The position numbers and the translations under genes were made by a program. From contig MU056313.1 in assembly GCA_013239625.1 (NCBI GenBank), positions 3,722,885 through 3,786,884 of the forward strand: a stretch of 64,000 bases of DNA, read 5' to 3'. Under the pieces are notes generated by a model. The model was not told the origin of the DNA, ran no database searches, and saw only the letters and a list, made by a program, of their open reading frames with translations. The DNA comes from Lama guanicoe. Lineage: Eukaryota. How positions within the stretch are numbered: position 1 is the stretch's first letter; the number at the start of each line of letters is the position of its first letter. Positions 12,411 through 24,309 of this stretch are shown one piece after another.

Positions 12411-15400
12411 TCTACTTACATGAGTGATTTCAGGCAAATGGCTTCAATTCCCTTCATAAGCTGAATTCCCAATGTTTTATCTCCTGTCTTTTCCCTTAAC
12501 TTCAGTCCCTCACCGCCATGTTGGGGCCTCCCAGACCTAAATGCAAAACAGAAATCTTAATTTTTTTTCCTCACTCAAGCCAAAAGCCCGAGTCATCCTT
12601 GCCATCCCTTTGCTTTCCACTTTCTGTACCTCTAAACACCAGCAGTCCTACGAGTGACTCGCCACCACTTCCACTGTTACCACCCTCGTCTCAGCCAGCA
12701 GTCTTTTTGGGGAAGACTTCTGAAAGAGCCTCTAGAGTGTCTGGTCCAGGAACAGGGACTTTTCCTTTTCTTCACTCATCACTACTTAGAACAGTGCCTA
12801 GCACACAAGAGCACCCGAGTATTGAGTCTTCAAGTGTTGCTGGTAGAACTTTTGGGGGCAGGGGACAGACTCTCAGAGAAATGTCAGCACTCATGAGTGT
12901 TTCAGGGCCACACACATCTGGATGTGGCGAACCCGTTAGCAGTTTTCAATAGATTCAACGTCTTATAATACGGCAGTGGTCCTACAACTCTTCTGTCCGT
13001 TACAATCACCTGGGGATCTTTTAAAAATTCTAATATTTAAACTACATTCCAAATGAATTAGATCACAATTGCTGGGGGTGGGACACAGGTTATCAGTTTT
13101 TCAGAAGCTCTTGAATTCCAATGTGAGACAAGTTTGGGAATCACAGGTATAGAGTATGAGTTGGCAAGCATGATATGAACTAGTACGTGAGATCTATGAT
13201 ACTTAAGAAAAGAAATGCCAGTCATAATGTTTATGCAAATGTAAGACTTCTATTTCCTGTGTGGTACAGAAATCATGAAGTATTTCTTAAACTATTTCAA
13301 ACATTAGGTCTTAAAAAGAACACATCTTTCAAGACGTTCCATGTTTGTTTTCCTGTCAAGCCTAGTCCAAATTTGGGGACTTCTATTGGTAGGTTCATTT
13401 TCCCCCCATATGCTGAGGAAAATTTATGTACGAAGGTGCCAACCTCTATGTAAGTCTCATCTGAAAGCTTTGGGGGCTTTGCACATACTGATATTTTTAA
13501 CGGTAGCAGGTAAACAGCTCTATCCTGGTAACAAGGATATAATCACTAAGACAAAATGCTGTATTCTCAAGAGAGAAAAGGATTTCTTCACAACTCAGTA
13601 TTTCTTGCTCTAGAGATAATATAATCAACTCTGGTCATCAGTCAAAATATCCTTAGGATGGAAGCTAATCAAATATTGTGCAATTACCTGCCTCTAAGCT
13701 TGCCTTTAAACTGTCTTCATACCTCAGAATGAAGGACAAAATTAATGAGAGAAAACCAAAGTCAAAAAATTTGATTATTAAAATCCTCACTACAGTGTAA
13801 ACACGGCAGATTTGGAAAGAACCTGGGAGAAAGCTAAGCCAACTGTATACTACAGAAAAAGGGCCTGACACCGAGATGGGGTGAAATAACATGCCTAAAA
13901 CTCACACAGGAGAGCTAGAAGAGAAAAAAACATTTTTTTTCCTTTTTTTTCAAACAAGCAGACAGGATTTTTCACACATTAATCAAAAAGAATGAAGATC
14001 ATTAAATTAGGAAGAAATGAGGAATAAAAAGTATGTTACACATAGATTTTAAGGACTAGTTAATCCGCTCCCCCCCACCCCTGAAAAACGGAAAAATTCT
14101 CCAAATATATGGACATATATCCATCAAGCTGCTTACCCTTAAAATATTTCAATCTTGGAAAATTCAATTTACAAATACATTATTAATTGCATTGTGATAA
14201 TGAAATTGGTTCATTAAACGTGAAGACAAACAGCACCAATACCAGGAAGTTAATAAAGTAAATACACTATTACTTAAAATAATATATAATCACTGATTGG
14301 GACAGAAATGAATTACAGCCACTCGCAAAACTGTTTAAACTACTGTTTGACATAAAGGCAGTATTTAAAGACTAGTATGTGCTCTTTTCCCGCTGACAGG
14401 CCAATGGCTAGGCAGCCAGCAGTGGGTCAACATGACACTATTAAATAAGATGCATTTTTTAAATCGCTCAACCTTGAACCATGATACTGCAAACCCAAAT
14501 TTTGCCAATCTAAGCCAATGGCGGCATTTTTGGTAGCCTTAACTGCTCCTACTTGTCCCAATTAAAACAAAACAACTCCCTTATTAAGCACTAGATTAAA
14601 TGTAGCTATGAAGCAGCAGCCAGGCGTTTATAAATGGGCTACTGCCAGCGTATCAAAATGCTACTAAGGAAAAATACAGCAGCAAATACTCTAATAAGAG
14701 CACATTATTCCACATGGAATCCCGAATTATTCTTATCTCTAGTTCCTTAAATTCTTGGAAGACTAGAGATGAACAAGTGTATGTAGAAATGGGGCCAGGG
14801 AGAAAGCAGCTCTGAGTGATGTAGTGTTCCTTTTTAAAATTACCCAAGATAATTTAAATGCTTACAGAGAACTCCAGCCTATATCTAAATTTTTTTCAAG
14901 CACGTAGAACAAAAATGCTAGCAAAACTTTGGTGTTTACCCCAAAATCAGCATTGCAGTTTTCAGTGAAAATGAAATAGGCATGGTTTGTGAAGTTTTTA
15001 TCATGTTCACGCCACCCTTCCCTANNNNNNNNNNNNNNNNNNNNNNNNNNNNNNNNNNNNNNNNNNNNNNNNNNNNNNNNNNNNNNNNNNNNNNNNNNNN
15101 NNNNNNNNNNNNNNNNNNNNNNNNNNNNNNNNNNNNNNNNNNNNNNNNNNNNNNNNNNNNNNNNNNNNNNNNNNNNNNNNNNNNNNNNNNNNNNNNNNNN
15201 NNNNNNNNNNNNNNNNNNNNNNNNNNNNNNNNNNNNNNNNNNNNNNNNNNNNNNNNNNNNNNNNNNNNNNNNNNNNNNNNNNNNNNNNNNNNNNNNNNNN
15301 NNNNNNNNNNNNNNNNNNNNNNNNNNNNNNNNNNNNNNNNNNNNNNNNNNNNNNNNNNNNNNNNNNNNNNNNNNNNNNNNNNNNNNNNNNNNNNNNNNNN

Positions 15401-15435
15401 NNNNNNNNNNNNNNNNNNNNNNNNNNNNNNNNNNN

Positions 15436-15930
15436 CGTAAGACACTTGGTTACATAAACAATATGTAGGTTCATTGGGATCTATTGCAAACTCAACAGGT
15501 GAAGCTTCCCTCTCCTGCTTGGCCTTGGAGCGCTTCTTCTTCTTGGCTGACTTGGATTTCTTTTCTTTAGGTGGCTGATCGTCACAGTCTTCAATTCCAT
15601 TCGTCATGTGACACAAATCACGGCTCTCACTGGTCCGCTGTCGGCGGGGTCTTCTCGAAGACCGCTCTGGTTGGCTGGACTCCATCTTTGCTTTATCTGA
15701 GGATCGTTCCCCTTCGGCGGGGTCTTGGAAACACTGTGAATGCAGCTCCATCTGTCTTGCCCGATTTTCCACCAATTCGAGCATTTGTGTGACGATCTGA
15801 ATTTTTTCATCTCCCAATTCTTGACTATTGATTAATGCTCTCTGGAGATGCTGCTGGAGGCGTTTTTTCTGGTTTGAATCATCTTCTTTCTTATATTTTT
15901 CATAGACATCATCAATTTCCTTTAATGTTT
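15436..15930 (-). CDS. ING2: ING2 coding exon 2, visible part. The rest of the PHD finger and the stop codon are in the N run 15025-15435 (stop expected near 15260 if the protein is about 280 aa).
   Basis: Acceptor TTTTTAG|AA at 15930 completes the Glu codon with exon 1. Translation reads ETLKEIDDVYEKYKKEDD...QELGDEKIQIVTQMLELVENRARQMELH..., then the basic NLS KKSKSAKKKKRSKAKQERE and the PHD start DPNEPTYCLCNQVSY. Confidence 0.96.
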
Positions 15931-18464
15931 CTAAAAATGGAAAAGAAAAATCAGGCTATTGTGTGTTGGCGCATGTATAACGTTTCTCAAGGTAGCTATT
16001 TTTCACAGAACTGATGCAGTTAGAATGAACTCAAACCATAAAACCACACTCCTTCATAGTATGAATGCATTAAAAACATTTTATTTCCCATACAAAGACC
16101 ACATATTATCCAGTATAAAAGTATGTTTAGAAAAGAATGAACACAAACTCTCTAATATTCACTATTCTATATTAGAAAGGAGAAGAGATGTGCGGCTAAT
16201 CAAGCCTTTTACACAGGCTGGAACCCTCTCTGCCACTTCAGAGTCCACTGAGTGTAGTATCTCCTATACTTCAGTTGAACCTCAAAACAACCCTGTCTAT
16301 AAAATTTCCATGCTGGGCTCTGGTCATAAAACTTGAAAACAGTGCAAGGACTAGGCTACAGATGACCATCCAGTTGTCCTTACAGGATTCACAATTCAAT
16401 CAGTGAGCTGCTATGTGACTCCAGACACTAGACCTTTACTTTCCTATCACCCCCTGGACATTCTTAAGCAAAGTGACACAGAGAACCCTTCATTTCCCAT
16501 CATATGAGTTCTAATGGCTCTTTTATTTCATCACAAGGGAGAGTCTGAAAATCAAACTATTTCCAGAGCAGATGCAGGTTCAGGTTCTGGCATCAAACTG
16601 ACTAAGCTACTAACGAAATTATAGTCAAGTCAGCATCGGACCACTGTGCTTTTGTAGATAACTCAGCAGTTGGTACTAAGCTTTCTGAACTGCTGATTTA
16701 GGTATTGTATAGCATGTGGGACACACTTAAATCAATTTAAAATGGCTGAGTCATTAGAAGCTATATAAAAATCTGAAAATGAAGTTCTAGATGTCACCAA
16801 AAATTTACCTAAGTTTCTTATTCACATCTGTTCTATTTCTTATCCTTGAGATATAATGCTGTCTGAGTTCTGTCTTAGTAAAGGTGGAGAAAGTTAATTT
16901 TTATATTCACTCTAAGTTATCACAGCACATGCCGTACCACTGTATTATCTTCCAGTATCATTACTGAAGGATAAGAACAGAGATGTTAGATGAGTAAAGT
17001 GCATACACTGGGGGTATCTGCAAGCAAGGGAACACGGAGCAAGTATTCAACACAATTTATGAATTAGCTCCTCCCTGGAAACTGTAGGTATTCACACTTG
17101 ATGGACAACGACTTAACCTGGCGTACATGACAATGCGCCACTATACATTTGAGGGTACTCATACCTGCCTAGCATATTTTTAAGTAAAGCTCACATCAAG
17201 CCCATTTGTCCAGCTAGGTATGTAAGCGGGTATTATAAGAATGCACTTTTCCTCCAAGAAAAATAAGGAAATTATATATTTTTCCCTCAGACACACAAAA
17301 TTTGAGGTTTAAAAAATAAAGGCAAATCTTCAAATATTTCAAATATTTTATATCTAATAATCAGAAATTAGAAGCTAAATATATTATTTCATACCAGCAG
17401 ACTGATACTATACATGAGGAAAAATATTCACAATTTTAAGACATCTTAATCATGGAGTGAAAGAAGAAAGGAAACGAACACTTACTGAGCCCCTTCTACG
17501 TGATCTCGCACTAAACCCCACAGCAATGCCACGAGGAAGCCATCGCTTCCAGATTGGAAGAAAACGAAGCTCAACAGGTAACAACCCCAGACTTTGAACT
17601 CTGCCAGATGTGTAGGTCTGGCTCTGGCATCAAAGCACTTTCTACTCAGCTGCATGGAAGCACTTGAAATTGAGCATTAAATTTTACTTCAAAGGTTATT
17701 TACCTAAAAAATTATGAACAAGAATATTGGAACAAAAATTGAGGTTCTCTAATAGCCATTTCCCATAATATATACTTTATTCAACTGTGAAATTGTTTTC
17801 TTCATTTCTCTGACTTTAAAAAATTTTAAGGCTACTTTTAAGGTTCTTTAGTAATTTCCAAAGTGTCTCAAATAGGTAGGAAATTTCTTTCACTGCCTAT
17901 ATAATTTATATCACAAAATACTTCTATAGGTATTAGCTCTAAAAACAGAAAATACTTAAGACCTAGCAAAAAAAAAATAGAAAACATGAAACATAAACCA
18001 AGAAAACACAAGTATATAAAGCTAGTAGCTGGAGACTATGAAAGTTGAGTTTAGTAAGCATGTGCACGAGTAAAAATTAAATCATTGTTTTTATATTATG
18101 CTTGAAAATGAAGTACAATCTAAATGGGACAAAAAAAATTTATAATCTCTTGATCTTTTCACGCCTAATACTGTTTCTCATGTTACCAAAACTACTTCTG
18201 TCATTTCTAGGTGGTCAAGATGCAGATCTCCCTGTAACAAATTGTTCCTCCCCAATTCAAATGAAAAGAAAATAGGTTAACTTTTGTGAAGGCAAACATA
18301 TCTTTAAAGAAATGTAAAAACCAGCAAGCTGTATGAACTTATTATTATTTGAAAAACAAAAAAATGTTAAACATACAATTCTTAAGCACCATGTAACATT
18401 TTAAAGTAACAATTCATGTATGTGCTCCATGTCTATCTACAAAAAATACCTTTGGAGAGCTTTT

Positions 18465-18670
18465 CTTCCCCTTTTTTTTTAATTCTTATTTTTTATTGAA
18501 GTGTAGTCAATTTACAGTATTAGCTTCAGGTAAGCAAAGCGATTCAGTTATACATATACATACATACATACATACTTTTTTTTTTCCAGTTTTTTTCCAT
18601 TATGGCTCATTACAAGAAACTGAATATAGTTCCCTGTGCTATACAGTAAGTCCTAGTTGTTTATTTTATA
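18465..18670 (-). mobile_element. 5'-truncated L1 3' end in ING2 intron 1
   Basis: TTTATTGAAGTGTAGTCAATTTACA...ATAGTTCCCTGTGCTATACAGTAAGTCC. TSD TGGAGAGCTTTT at 18453-18464 and 18671-18682. Confidence 0.8.
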
Positions 18671-19299
18671 TGGAGAGCTTTTATTAAAAAAAATTTAGTT
18701 TAAAAACAAGGATGTGCACCTGAAGTAGCCAAATCTGTGGAGTTAAACATTCCCCACGTAACTGAACAAGTTAGCTAAACTCCTTGTAAAATTGTATTTG
18801 TCTTCAAAATGAATTTTTACTTTACTGGGTTAAGATTAAATGAGATAATGTTCTGGATCTGGTACAGCAATTAATAATACAGTAATTAATCTGTACTAAT
18901 TCGCTTCCCACCAACAGAGATCAGTCCTCTCAATCATATGGGTTCAAAAGGCAGAAATAAAGTATAGATTAAAAAAAACACAGGCACTTAAATGTTCTAA
19001 CATGTTAAGGCCCAAAAATATCACCCACAACTGGGTTCCTCAAGAGATTAAATCATAGGATGAGTGACGTGTCTATAAACACAGAATGCGTCCAAGAAGT
19101 TAATTTTTTAAAGCCCATATGGCTGATTCCACATTATGCCCTAAGTCTGTTCCTTGATTCAGGGTTATTAAAAGCAAACGGCTCTGCATTTAAACTACTC
19201 CCCTCCCAGTAGCAGGCGCAAGGGCCTCCAACGGTAAATAATAAATAATACTGTTAGGAAGGTTGAGTCCCTGTCCCGGCTTCCTGGGTCTGATCACAA

Positions 19300-22050
19300 A
19301 GGGCGGCTTCTGCCTCATCACTGAAACTTGGCGGAGGACGGACCCAGGGGTTAAGGGACGCCAAGCGGTTGCCCAGTCAACCAGCTCACAGCCTCCAGGA
19401 GCCCGGAAGTGACGCAAGGCCCGGAACCTACGCGAGGCCAGGGTCAGCGAGGATTCCAGTAGCTGTGTCTTCGTCGTGATCGAGGATTGGGGAAAAGTCG
19501 AGAATCACAATAAACATGTCCCAAATCCTAACACTAACTCTGCTGAGGATGAGCTAACGTCCCAAACGGCTCCGATCCCCTCCCAACCAGCCAGCTTCGC
19601 CAAATCCTTCCCGCGACCAGCCATCTTCCAGACGGGCGGGAGCGCGCGCGTCGGCGCCCCGCCCAAGTCCTACGTCACGGCCGCAGGCCCCGCCCCGAGG
19701 GCGGGGGGGTGCCTCCCCGCCACACACACCCCTCTTCTTTCCCCCGCAGGGACCCCCAGCCTTTTAACCATTCGTTTGAAGGAGCTGGGAAAGGCTGCGG
19801 CCCGGAACTTTCCCTGGGGCAGCGGAGGGGAAGGGACTCCTCCGTTCCCGAGCCGGAGAGCCGAGGGAGGGACCTCCCCGGAGTCCGCCTTCCCAGCCCT
19901 CTCTCGCCCCCTCCCCCCTGCACGTTCCAATGCATCTGCTCTCAGGGGATGGGGGCCCAAGGAGGGTGGGGAGAGCCAGGCCCCCGAGACCAGCAGAAGT
20001 CCGGCGGCCGGCCGCTCACTCCCCGCAGTCCCCGCCCGGCTTCACGCTCCCTGCCAGGGCAGGAGGGTCTGCGGCACCGGGCAGGCAAGCACCGGAACAA
20101 ATGCTTGCTGCTTAAAATGGCTGATTCCCCTCCACACCAGCTGCAGCCGCTGGGTCTGCAGCGGAGGCTGACGAGCGGCCCCCAACCCCCACCCTCGAGA
20201 CCCCAGAGAAGTCCTCACCGACCGCAGCGGGGGAAGGGAGGGCCGCGAACCCGGTCTCCTGCCGCGCTCCCCCGTCCCACACACCAGACCCCTCTGTGCA
20301 CTCGGGGAGACTGACACAGGAGAAATGAAAAGTGGCACTTCCCCGGGCAGGCTCCGAGCGACCGTGCCCGGCGGCCAGCGGACCCGAGTAGGGGAGGAGC
20401 CACACCGGCAGCCCCGCGGCCCCCTACCTTGATATTTGTTGTCCAGCTCTCGCAGCACGGACACGTTCCTCTGCATGTCGTGGGGCAGCGACTCCACACA
20501 CTCGAGGTAGTCCTGCACGTAGCAGGTGAGGAGCCGGCTCCGCTCCCCGGTCAGGAGCGCGGCCGACGAGTATAGTTGCTGCTGCTGCTGCCCTAACATC
20601 CTGCCGCCGCTGCTGCTCCTCGCCGCCGCCGCCGCCGCCGCCTCCGCATCCAGCAGCCACACATGCAACAGTCACGGCCGCCGCGGCTCCTCTGCTCCGC
20701 AGCCGGGCGCCGCGGGGACACCGGCAGCCGCTCAGGAGGGCACAGCCGAGTCCCCCGATCTCCACTCCCCCCAAAAGAAGCCTTCACTCCCCGCCCCCGC
20801 GGTAACAAGCCCAGGGGCGGGGCGAGATCAGGACTCTCTCCTTTTCCTCCTCCCTCCCCAGGACTAGAGCAGCGGGGATCCCCCCAGCGGAGCTGGCGTC
20901 GGGGTCCCGGGCGTTGACACTTCCTGTCCCCTTCGGAGTCCTCAGATGCTACCAATGCCGTCTCGCAGCTCGGATCCCCATGACAAGCCTCTCGCTGCCC
21001 CCTCTCCTCCCAATCACCCTCCGTGCCTGTCGTAGAGTCTCTCACTGGACTGCCCCCGCCCCTCCGGCGGCGGCCGCCTCTGCGCCTGCGCAGGACTCCC
21101 TCCTAATAAGGCCTGGGGCCCGCCCCTACCGCCCTACCGAAGGGTTCGCATTCTCCCGCCTTCCCTCCGCCACCCGGGCGATTGGTCTGTCAACTCTCGG
21201 CCCGCGGGGAGGGTGCGGAGGGCGGCCAAACGGCAGGCTGCGCCCCGCCCCCTCTTAAAGGAGAAGCACTGTCCAGCCCGCCCCTTTGCTCGGTGTCCGA
21301 ATGGGACTTGCGGGGACTGGTGGCTGACTCCCTCCTTCCGTCCTTCCCCCAGGGAGGGGGAAGCCAGGCCCAGCTCCCCCGGCCCTGGGTTACCGACTCT
21401 TTCCCCATCAGGTGGGTCTGGCGCGGCCCCTCGCCAGCCTTAAAAGGAGCAGCAGGCGGACGCTTTCCGCCGCGGCCCGGAGGGAGGCCTGTGGGGACGA
21501 CGCTGCCGGCGGGCTGCGGGCGCGGCTCCGGGCATGCGCGGCGGCTGTGTCCTCCTCCCCGCAGGTTCCGTCCTCCCGCCGCGGCTTTCGGGCTCCCCGA
21601 GCACCGGGGACTGATCCCGGAGGTAGGCGGTGCCCCCGCGGCGCCGTGCGGGTCCTTTCTCCCGTAGTCCGCCCGCCGTTTGAATCTCCCTCTTGGCCTC
21701 GGCGCGCTCGCTCCCTTCCTCAGACGCGGGGCCTCCCGCCGCCCGGGGACCTTGCAGGTTTTGCCCACCCTCCGGCGCATGAGGAATCTCGGTTAATATA
21801 GGCTGGCTCTGCCCCTTACCTTGGCCAACAGACAACCTTAAAAAAAAAAAAATGTCCTTCCACCCCCCGAGAATGTTTAAGCATGAAACGTCGGCGAGGT
21901 CTCCCAGTGGCGTGAAGGGCACCGCCGCCTTTACATGTCTTTCTACCCTGAGACTGAAAAGCACTGGAGGGACGAGGGGTAACAGAAGCGAGAAAAACCT
22001 AACCAGTAGTCAGGCCCGCGTCCTCATCTACGTGGTCGGCTGCCAGGGTT
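19300..22050. promoter_or_regulatory. ING2 CpG island / promoter
   Basis: Very GC- and CpG-rich around exon 1. GC boxes near 21054 and 21243, NRF1-type TGCGCCTGCGCA at 21081-21092, and CCAAT (GATTGG) near 21180. Confidence 0.88.
20428..20599 (-). CDS. ING2: ING2 (inhibitor of growth family member 2), coding exon 1 (172 nt)
   Basis: ATG at 20599 gives MLGQQQQQLYSSAALLTGERSRLLTCYVQDYLECVESLPHDMQRNVSVLRELDNKYQ, the ING2 N-terminus. Phase-1 donor CAAG|GTAGGG, with the intron starting at 20427. Confidence 0.97.
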
Positions 22051-22667
22051 TCAATTCCGTCTGATGTTAAATGAAATGCCAAGCAGAGGAGCCGATTTTA
22101 ATTCCACATGGTCTCAGGGTATATCATAGCGTGTGTTTTTGCAAAGAAATGGGTGTAAAGAGAACGAATACACAGAGAATTTTAATGGAATGCCTACGTA
22201 AACAAACACTATTGTGAGTAGTACCTTTAGGCTAAAAACCAAATGTAAGTGGGTGATACAGTTGGATTTCTTACATCCAGTTGGTTCGCAGCGGTGGTGC
22301 GCCTGTGTGGTCACTTATTTACAGCACTTTTGTAACAGCTGTTAATAGTAAGTAACCGCTGACATGCAAAGAGAAATCTAGACCTTGATCTAGAGGATAT
22401 TTTAAATTTGAAACCAAAACAAAGCACTCTTGGAAATTTGCGACTTGGGAGCAAAATATGTATATGTATTACACAAGACTTGGAGATTGTGTTATTATTC
22501 TGTGACACTTTGATGTTTTGACCACTTGAATATTAAGTCAACCCAGACAGTAGTGTCTTGTATTTCTGAGAACCATCTAGAGATTTTACTGTTGTCATTC
22601 TATTTAAATTTTTCAGATGACCCAGCCCCATCTAGTCAAAAAACAAATCACAGTTAAGAATTGAAGT

Positions 22668-22830
22668 GGGGGAGCGGATAGCTCATGCTTCCCACGCAAG
22701 AGGTCCTGGGTTCAATCCCCAGTACCTCCTCTAAAAATAAAATAAAATAAAATAAAATAAAATAAAATAAAATATAAACTAATTACCTCCTTCCCCCCAA
22801 AAAACACCAAAAATAAAAAAAAATTTTTTT
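22668..22830 (+). mobile_element. tRNA-Ala-derived SINE with (AAAAT)n tract
   Basis: GAGGTCCTGGGTTCAATCCCCAGTACCTCC followed by (AAAAT)n. Imperfect TSD AAGAATTGAA / AAGGATTGAA. Confidence 0.8.
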
Positions 22831-23670
22831 AAAGGATTGAATTATTTTTCATCTCAAGACCCTACTTTACTTATACTTATGTTTACTCATAGATTTGAAT
22901 CAGCTAGTTTTTTTTTTATTGAAGGCCCAAAATAAAGCAAGTGCTTTATTATTTATTGATTCAGATTAGACACAAAATGCACGTATGGATTTTATTCAGG
23001 GATCTGCAGGCAGATATTACACAAGGTTAGAAACTAGAAGAGAGAAAAGGCAGTGGTTCGGAGTACCTAGAGCACTCCTTCCAGGAACCTAGAACAGGAA
23101 GAGAGGAAGGAAGGATGTGTGGAAATGAAGGCCTTTTACAGCATTCTTTTCACCTTTCATAATTCTGTTGAACAGGCTGAAAGGAAGCAGAGTCCAAACA
23201 ATGATTTTTCAGCTTGTGTTGATCTAAACCTAGAAAGAACACTCCTATATGTGTATACATGTGTGTCTATATGAATTATTCCAGACATGTGCTTTTCTTG
23301 CTCTATTAATTTATAAAAGTTAAAGGCTTCTTCCTGCCATACTTGTGAAAGCAGACTCTGTGGGGAGAGTTAAAAAAGAAAAAACCCACCATACTCCTCA
23401 AATTCAACCCTTGACCTTGGTTATTTATCATGTTCTTTCTCCTCAGTAATCACTTACCTGGAAATTTGGGGCCTTTTCAAATTGGGTTGCTATACTATGC
23501 TAAATGCAATATTTAAAAGTCCCGGTTCTCCACAATATACAGTTAAGGTGATATTTAATCCTGTGAATAAAGCAAAAAGACATCTATTTGCTTTTCATTA
23601 CATATTTTCTACCATAAAGTAACCTTAAAAAAGATAATACCCCTGAATTAGTAGAAGTACCTGGCATTAC

Positions 23671-23832
23671 ATTTATTTATTTATTTATTAAAGTGGCAGT
23701 TTCTTATTTATTTATTTATTTATTGGGGAGGTGGTAATTAGGCTCATTTATTTATTTACTTTAATAGAGGTCCCTGGGAGTGAACCAAGGACCTCGTGCA
23801 TGTGCTCTACCACTGAGCTATGCCTTCTCCTC
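23671..23832 (-). mobile_element. tRNA-Ala-derived SINE
   Basis: (TTTA)n tracts plus GAACCAAGGACCTCGTGCATGTGCTCTACCACTGAGCTA. Confidence 0.75.
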
Positions 23833-24309
23833 ACCATTACCTTTCCTTTTAAATCAGTTACTTTAAGGGGTACCTGGTAGGATGGTAGGAAATGTTTAAC
23901 GGGTCCCTGGTAGACCTTTATTTATACTATTGTGAGGGAGTAACCAATTCAAACTGAGAAAACTATAAAAACAAACTACAAATAGTTCTGAAGGATTCCT
24001 AAAGATACCTCCGGAGAAGATTTGGCTTCTGCTTGAGTCAGGCCAATCACATTTGAAATGCTTTTTTTTGTTCTACTTTTTAATATTTTTAAAACCTTTA
24101 TTGTGGAAAATTTCAAACACACACAAAAGTAGAGGTAATAGAAAGAAATCAACAATGAAAAAAAAAGAGTAGAGGTCATAGGACCTCTAATATACCATTC
24201 GCCCACCTTGAACTTTTACCAATATATAGCCCATAACAGTTTCGTCTCTAACCCTTTGCACTCCCTTACCGTTGCTGGGTTGTTATCATTTTATCTGTAA
24301 ATACTTTTA

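Noticed and set aside
14936-15435. ORF-track C-terminus of ING2 (GKGGVNMIK...) and other X-filled ORFs
   Set aside because: Produced by translating through N runs. The real ING2 stop should fall inside the gap.
19476-21964. Many long overlapping ORFs on both strands around ING2 exon 1, including in-frame read-through 20042-20668
   Set aside because: Typical stop-poor GC-rich CpG-island ORFs with Pro/Arg/Gly/Ala bias and no recognisable domains. The apparent N-terminal extension starts at TTG, not ATG.
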